Assembly: GCA_963693365.1 (NCBI GenBank) | Contig: CAVNZM010000008.1 | Location: forward strand, 6,086,830-6,150,829 | Source of the DNA: Amoebidium appalachense | Taxonomy: Eukaryota; Protista; Ichthyosporea | DNA: 64,000 nt | Direction of reading: 5' to 3' | Shown here: positions 23,141 through 64,000 of the stretch, piece after piece | Layout of the letters: the number at the start of each line of letters is the position of its first letter | Position numbering within the stretch: position 1 is the stretch's first letter | Notes under the pieces: generated by a model | What the model saw: the letters and a program-made list of their open reading frames with translations, nothing else | What the model was told of the DNA's origin: nothing | Databases searched by the model: none | Translations under genes and position numbers: made by a program

Positions 23141-24506
23141 TCGAAGGTGGCGTCGGTAGCAGGTTGTAATACTATGATGTTTACGAGGGTATCACGGTAG
23201 CCGGCACGCACAATGAACACTGTGTAGCGACGGCCAATGAAGAGCATGTCTGGAATCATTCGTCACCGAGGGTGTAGAGACGGTCACGCATGGTGCTGAT
23301 GTTGGCCGGCACCATGGTGAAGGCTGCCGTGGTCAACTCGGACTCGTCGGTACCCTCAGGTGCAGGGTCAGATGCCACCCGGGGGGGGCGGGTTGGGTGC
23401 AGGGCCGATGCTGCGGCAAGGGCTGCCATAGCCTGGGTAGCCCCGTGGGTCTGGGCCACTGACTCGGCATACGTTTTGACTTTCTCGGACACGCACACAC
23501 GGTCTTGGCGTCCACAGTAGTGCGGTACACCTTAGGGTTCGTTGTGGGTCTGAACTTGGGAGACCCCGGGGGAGTTGGTAACCCACCGGGGGCTGCCTGT
23601 GCTGCAGGGGCCGGGCCCGCATGGGCAGGGCCATGGGGGGGTGCCCGGCCTGCTTCGAGCTGCTGTAAGCGCTACTCCATTCGTTGCATGAGAAGGTCTG
23701 TTTGGTCCTGTTTGGCTTTAGATTCGGTGACTTGGGCTGTTAAGTCGGTGATTTGGGTGCGGAGAAGATCATGATGCTTCATAAGGTTCTCTACTGATTT
23801 CCCAGCTCTGTCGGGGATCAGAAGCAAAATTTCCCTCGTAATAAAACTATTAGCTGGCTGCGCGGCCGGTTGTGCCTTACTAAACCGGCCTCGGGAAAGA
23901 GAATATCCGCCCGGCTCTGTTTCGTTACCCTCCTATCCGGGGATTCCGCTTCCCGTTGACGTTTGCGGCTCGTCGGTGTCCCGGGGGGCTCCGTGGACCT
24001 GGATACCTCCTGAGAGGCCATGGATGGGTTCGTTTTGCCCTTTTAGGGGCCCAATAGAAGTGGATGGATGAACGAAGTGGATGGATGAATGGATGAACGA
24101 AGTGGATGGATGAACGTTACTACTGCCCACCCCCCCATTTCAGATTCAAAAAATGCCTTATCATACTTAGGTACTGTCAGAGTGCTAATTGCTCACTTAT
24201 TGACACTTATTATAACTTTCTGAATATGGCCTAGTTAGCATTTGAAAAAAAATCAGGGTTATCATTACTACAGTTATTGATACAAAGCATTCCGAAGAGC
24301 CGACTTCGATCGCGGCCTGACCCCTCAGGACTTGTGAATTCTCTGCATCACTCATGAGTAGCATGGCATCGATCACAGCCAGATTCACAGATCTCGGTGT
24401 TCATTATTATTATCCGTGGGCATTGCCCCCCCCCCCCCTCCTCCGAGGCTCCTCCCTGCATATATGCATATGTTACACCAGTTACGTTTACTTTATTTAC
24501 AACTTC

Positions 24507-29509
<5,003 letters not shown>

Positions 29510-30820
29510 GGTGTTGGTAGGGCTGACGGGTAGACACGAGGTTAGTGCGCAAAGGAGAGTGGCAAGATGCGTGACAAAAAATTTGATACCGAGAACCCGT
29601 GGCTGTACGCGTATGTGTAGAAAAAGGCTAAGGGGAACACGTGAGGAGGGGGAAGGGGGGGGAGAAAGAAGGGGAGGGGGGGGGAAGGGGGGGGGGGGGG
29701 GGGGGGGGATAGTATGCCATAAAGAGGGAGAGAGGGTGTGCATGTTTGTGTCCAACCAGAGGGTTTAATAACTACGACAGTCGTAAGCATCTGTAAAAAG
29801 TTGTAAAGTAACACTCTTACGTTGAACAAGAGGCGACCTGTGGTGAAGATCAGACCCATTTTGCCACACCACCAGACTATGTTCATACGCTATCACCAAC
29901 AAATTCTAAAGTTCAAGTAACATGCGCTATTTTCGACAGCTCAAACCCTGAAAAAAGATACATGTAGTAAGTTAATCGTGGCCGTGAAAGCCTCTTCCGT
30001 AGTAACATCCAACAAACTGGAACTAATAACCCGGTGATGGCCCCCTCCTCCGGTGCCCATCCTTAGTGGAACCCACTGACCCAGGCACTGAGACTTGAAC
30101 CTCACCGCACAAAATTTTAGTTCTTCTACACTGCAAAGCGTAAAGGTGGCTTACCTATTGACTCGTTGACTCGGTTGGTGACTTCGGCTTATAGTCCGAC
30201 TGAATTCAACTGACAGCTCGGAAACGCGTAAGTATAGTTGTAAACTCATGAAACCGTGACCTGTTGTTTGTTGTTGGCGGGAACAATCTGGTATGGCTAA
30301 ATAGTCTTTGCCTGGAGACAGTATTGGCCACTTACATGTTTTTAAAAAACTCTATATATGGTAATGGTGCGTGATTGACGAATCAGGCCGCCTTTTTGTC
30401 AGATAACGGTAAAGGCGTTTGTTATTTCGCTAATCACAAGGGGCCACGTTTAGTACTAAATAGATTGCGCAAATCGTATGGCGCACACATCGCTCACCGG
30501 ATCCAACTTCGAATTCAAAAACCCACGTGTTTTCTTGCAAGTTCTTCAGCCCACACACCGTACGGTGATGTTAGCCTATAGATAACTATGATACTGTTAT
30601 TTGTAATACTTACGAATATTGGTCGATATCTCCTGGAAATACGCCTGTCAGAAAAGACTAGCACCCTTCTTGCTGTTTTCTTGTCTTTCCTTTTTTCCCC
30701 TCCTCGTTCTTTGGAACAAGGAGGACCTAGCCACTCCGGTTTAGCTCACTCACATTCATTTCGCTTCGATTATCCCGGTCTAGTGGTTATTTTCCCAACA
30801 ATAATAAAAAAACGTTGAGG
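29510..30820. promoter_or_regulatory. Probable bidirectional promoter region (cyclophilin / TSTD2-like)
   Basis: About 1.3 kb, largely microsatellite-poor, between divergent start codons. No specific sites called. Confidence 0.45.
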
Positions 30821-42015
<11,195 letters not shown>

Positions 42016-42785
42016 TGTATCTCAGTGGCGGGCCAGAAGTGAGCGTGAGAGCGTGGGACGTGTTTCCACTTGCCCTTTGTTTATCTCTTTTTTTTGTTAT
42101 TGTTGTTGTTGTTGTTGTTGTTGTTGTGTGTGTATGTGGGGGGGGGGGGGGGGGGGGGGGGTGCTTTTGTTTTGTTCGTTTGCTTGCTATTTAATGCACA
42201 GTGTGTTCCTTTTTGGTGTGGTGGGGGAGGGGAGAGAAGGGGGGGGGGGGCTTCCGAATGTATTTATCGATACGGAACTGAGACCCTGAAATCTTGAAAA
42301 ACATGCGTACAGTAGTGAGTTATCACATGTTAGCGCATACCCTAAGGCCAGCACCCTACTAATGCTTGTTTTATTTTTGGCGGGCACCTCAGTAATGATA
42401 TATTCGTAGTATTCAATAATAATCAATTTAACAAATCCAATTATACTATTGCTTAATGTTATTGGTATTGTATTGTAGGCCAACGCTGTGGTGACTTCGA
42501 GTCTTTGCCCCGAGGAGCAAATATCCCCCTATAGGCCATTCGTTACATATGGCGCACCGGCCCCATTTGATTGGCTGGGCTTGAGGGCACATTCATATGC
42601 CCTAAGATACGGTGAAGGTTAGGCTCTAATATTAGTCAGACGTCCACATGTACATGAACAGAAAGACCACCATCAAAATGAAAGAGTAAAAAAAAAAATT
42701 TGCAAGTGATATAAAAAATGGCCCTTCGGGTTCTCGTACACACAGACCCACCTAACCCAGCACACACATACACACACACACACGT

Positions 42786-42832
<47 letters not shown>

Positions 42833-44152
42833 ATTAGGTACTCCCCCTCTCTGGCTTTCGAGACTTTCTTTCTCTCAGTCACTCGAGATCTGTCTGTTTC
42901 ATTCTCGAGCTCTTAATTCTCTCTCTCGTGCTCCCCCAGCTAGCTAGCCTCTTCTCACCCCCCCTCCTAAGCTTCATCCCCTCCTCCCCCCTCCCAAACC
43001 CACCAGCCCCCTCTCCTCCCCTGAGTCCGACCCCCCCCCCCCCCCCCCCCCCCCTCCCTGCCCCCCCCCTCCCTCTCCCGCCCCGCCCAAAAAAAAAGAG
43101 AGACAGAAAGAAAGACACACATACACACACATACAGACACACGTACACACGTACACACTGATACACAATATATACGCCACGTGGACGGTGTCCAACAGCT
43201 GAACCCCCAATCACATGCCACAAAAATAAACCAGGCGAACAAAAAGGAAAAAAAATAAAAATGCAGTACTCCGCCAGGTTCTGCACATCTGCACACAACC
43301 GAATACCTGGGCAGGCCCTGTATGTACAGGTTGGCCCACTTACTCACTGCAAAAAAATTCATCTGTTTTGCAGCGTCATGTTGGCCACAAATTTGCGCAG
43401 CACTGCTTGGGTCAGGGGTTCAAATATCACTTACAATCCGGATCCATGTCTCATGCTGCCTATTAACAGCTTGATCAGGTTATAGGGCCCGGTGTATATA
43501 CCTGTAGTACTGTAAGCCTACACTGCCCTTCACCCCGGGCCAGTGGCTTACACTACTGGGCCCCTCTACTGTGCAAGAACAAGTGTTTACTTTCGCCGTG
43601 CCCCTCTTCTGTGTTGTGGGGGCAATACAAATACATAACAAGTAATAATCATTGGCTAGGCATCTAGCCATTATGAAAAAAGGTGCTGTTTAGACAACCG
43701 ATAAGCACATGAAGGAGTGATATGGCAGCAGCTGCTCAAAGTCGACATCTAGAAGGGAAGAAAAAAGAAAAACGAAGAAGACCCGCGAGTGCAAGCCATT
43801 TCAAACCGCGCAGCCTTGTGAAGCTTAATTAGGCCCCCACTATCCTGAGTTATGCTAATACAACTGTTCACTGTCTTTTGCTCTACACATCGAACAACGT
43901 TCATTCCGTATGTTCTCTAGGATTCTTGTATGTGGTGATTGGAGACGATGAAAAAGGGCAACACCACACATGATATTGTTTGTTTACACCTGAATGGCGG
44001 ATTCCTTTCCACCGGCTATCGCGAGTATTCACAACCCATAATTCACCTCAGTATTCTTGTATCACTAACGTGAACATTGCTTTTACGGCGCCAACAGGCA
44101 GCCCAGAAACCCTATCTTCATTATAAAAAGGAGGGATTTTCCGAAATGATTA

Positions 44153-54804
<10,652 letters not shown>

Positions 54805-55958
54805 TCCAAAACAGGGGGGGGGAGGGGGGGTAGGAGGGGGGGGGGGGGGGGGGGGGGTTACGATGTGCTTGATAGAAAAGAACAGGGGGGGGGGGGGGGA
54901 GGGGGGGAGGGGGAGGAAGAGTATAGAGGGGAATGTTTGGAGAATAATGTAAACCCCTTTTAATTCTTCTGATAGCCCCTTTTATGATTGGCAAACGAGT
55001 GCAGCAGCGGTAAACAAGTGTTCGGTCACTGCGAGATGCGGAGCCACATGACCTTTGAAAGGGAAAGCCAAAATGACTCTTTCCAAGTTATACGAATGGT
55101 TCAGAGTCCTGCAGGCGACGGCTCCAAGCGGACGCGGTTTACAATAGCTTCAAATACACACGCGCAAAACGCTTCAGTTGATGATAGGGCAGTCAAGCAT
55201 GATATGTAGGGACGGTTGTGTGTGCACCTTGAAATAAACACGTGCACACCAGCTACACCAGAGCACATTCCTCAGTGATTGCGCAAACAGCAATTCAACC
55301 AGTCAGATCACAGTACTTATCAGACCGATCTCTACCCAATCACAAATCGTTTTCAGTGGATCACGGGTCAGTCGCTTCTCATAGCTGTTTTGACCCGAAT
55401 CGCATCAATCGCATCAAGGCCTGTGATGCCATTGATCGGATATCTGCGATCGCCAGATCGATTCAGATAAGCGCCCGTTATTCCGAAGTCACTTTGCGAG
55501 TTGGCAAGTGGCCATGGAACAAAGCGGATGACATTGTGGAACAAAGTGGTTATAGTGTCACGTTCATTTATATGTATTTGTATGTAATACAGTAAGTAAA
55601 TGTAAAACATGCAGACACGTTAAAGAAACCTGCATCTTATAGTCTTGACAAGCGCAGGGAGGCTGCTCGATATCTATATTCTGTCATATATACGTGCCAT
55701 AACTAACTCAAAACATTGGAATTAGACAGTGCATGGTTCGCATAACCCATCCGAGGGGTCTTTACGGGGTCCACCCCTAGAGCTGTTACACAGTACGCCA
55801 AGACCACCACCGCATGTGCAGGGAGCATAGGAAACCGAGGCAGACATCCTTTCGCTCATTTTTAGGCTGCACTACTCTAGGTTGGGAAAAAAGGAACGTC
55901 TAAGTCCCCCTGATTGCTCCAAAGTCTCTGCTTTGGGATTTTGGCCGCACGAGGCAAC
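54805..55958. promoter_or_regulatory. Probable bidirectional promoter region (methyltransferase fusion / Mlx-like)
   Basis: About 1.15 kb between divergent putative start codons, mostly free of microsatellites. Confidence 0.4.
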
Positions 55959-63600
<7,642 letters not shown>

Positions 63601-63704
63601 GTAGAGTCCCCCCCCCCCCCCTCTCCGTCCCCTTCTCTCGGTTTTTGCTTCTATTTTTTTTCTTATTTCCTGCCTTACACCTCTCACCCAGATGAGTGCA
63701 CACA

Positions 63705-63773
<69 letters not shown>

Positions 63774-64000
63774 CCCCCCACAACCCACCACCACCACCAC
63801 CACCTCCTCCTCCTTCTCCCCCCTTCTCCCCTCCCCCCGCCTCCCCCTCTTCTCCCCCCGGTGTCTGTTCTCTGGTGATTGCCTCGATCCCCCTCTACTT
63901 CCTATCAGCCTCCACCCCAACCATCCACATACCAGACGGGGATAGAAGTTATAGAAGAAAAAGAATTCTGCCAGAATCTGCACGGGGGAAAAAGGAGGGG

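Larger units (their letters stand above)
21653..24130 (-). mobile_element. Decayed, internally deleted DIRS-order (Ngaro/PAT-like) tyrosine-recombinase retroelement
   Basis: YR remnant, a broken coiled-coil gag-like region (~23160-24021), and ~90-bp direct repeats at 21653-21740 and 22218-22306. No RT/RNaseH seen. Boundaries approximate. Confidence 0.7.

Noticed and set aside
42480-43580. Possible MITE or non-autonomous DNA element between convergent genes
   Set aside because: Only short imperfect palindromes; no terminal inverted repeat pair or TSD found.
43903-43989. Candidate extra last exon of the methyltransferase gene
   Set aside because: Exon 44153-44278 already supplies the terminal strand (YYGYVCR) and a stop codon.

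Overview
This is intron-rich eukaryotic DNA with introns full of poly-C/poly-G and (CA)n. Gene content and a CGC/GCG depletion in two transposons suggest a unicellular holozoan such as an ichthyosporean, but that is inference. Most short ORFs in the track are microsatellite artefacts. Five host genes can be rebuilt by exon walking: (1) a modular extracellular-type protein, [carbohydrate-binding-like repeat + EGF]n + PAN/apple, disrupted by a near-intact Ty1/copia element, a 1.5-kb inversion between inverted LTRs and a LINE inserted in an exon; (2) cyclophilin B; (3) a TSTD2-like rhodanese; (4) an apparent fusion of a TTLL12-type SET-like N-terminal domain to an EEF1AKMT4/METTL13-like methyltransferase; (5) an Mlx-like bHLH-Zip factor running off the window. 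A decayed DIRS-order tyrosine-recombinase element is also present. The most notable observations are the TSD-documented LTR inversion, near-total CGC/GCG avoidance in two retroelement ORFs, the SET-like/methyltransferase fusion with duplicated exons, a LINE that may be spliced out in frame, and (CA)n-AG acceptors lacking a pyrimidine tract. All coordinates and counts were read by eye.
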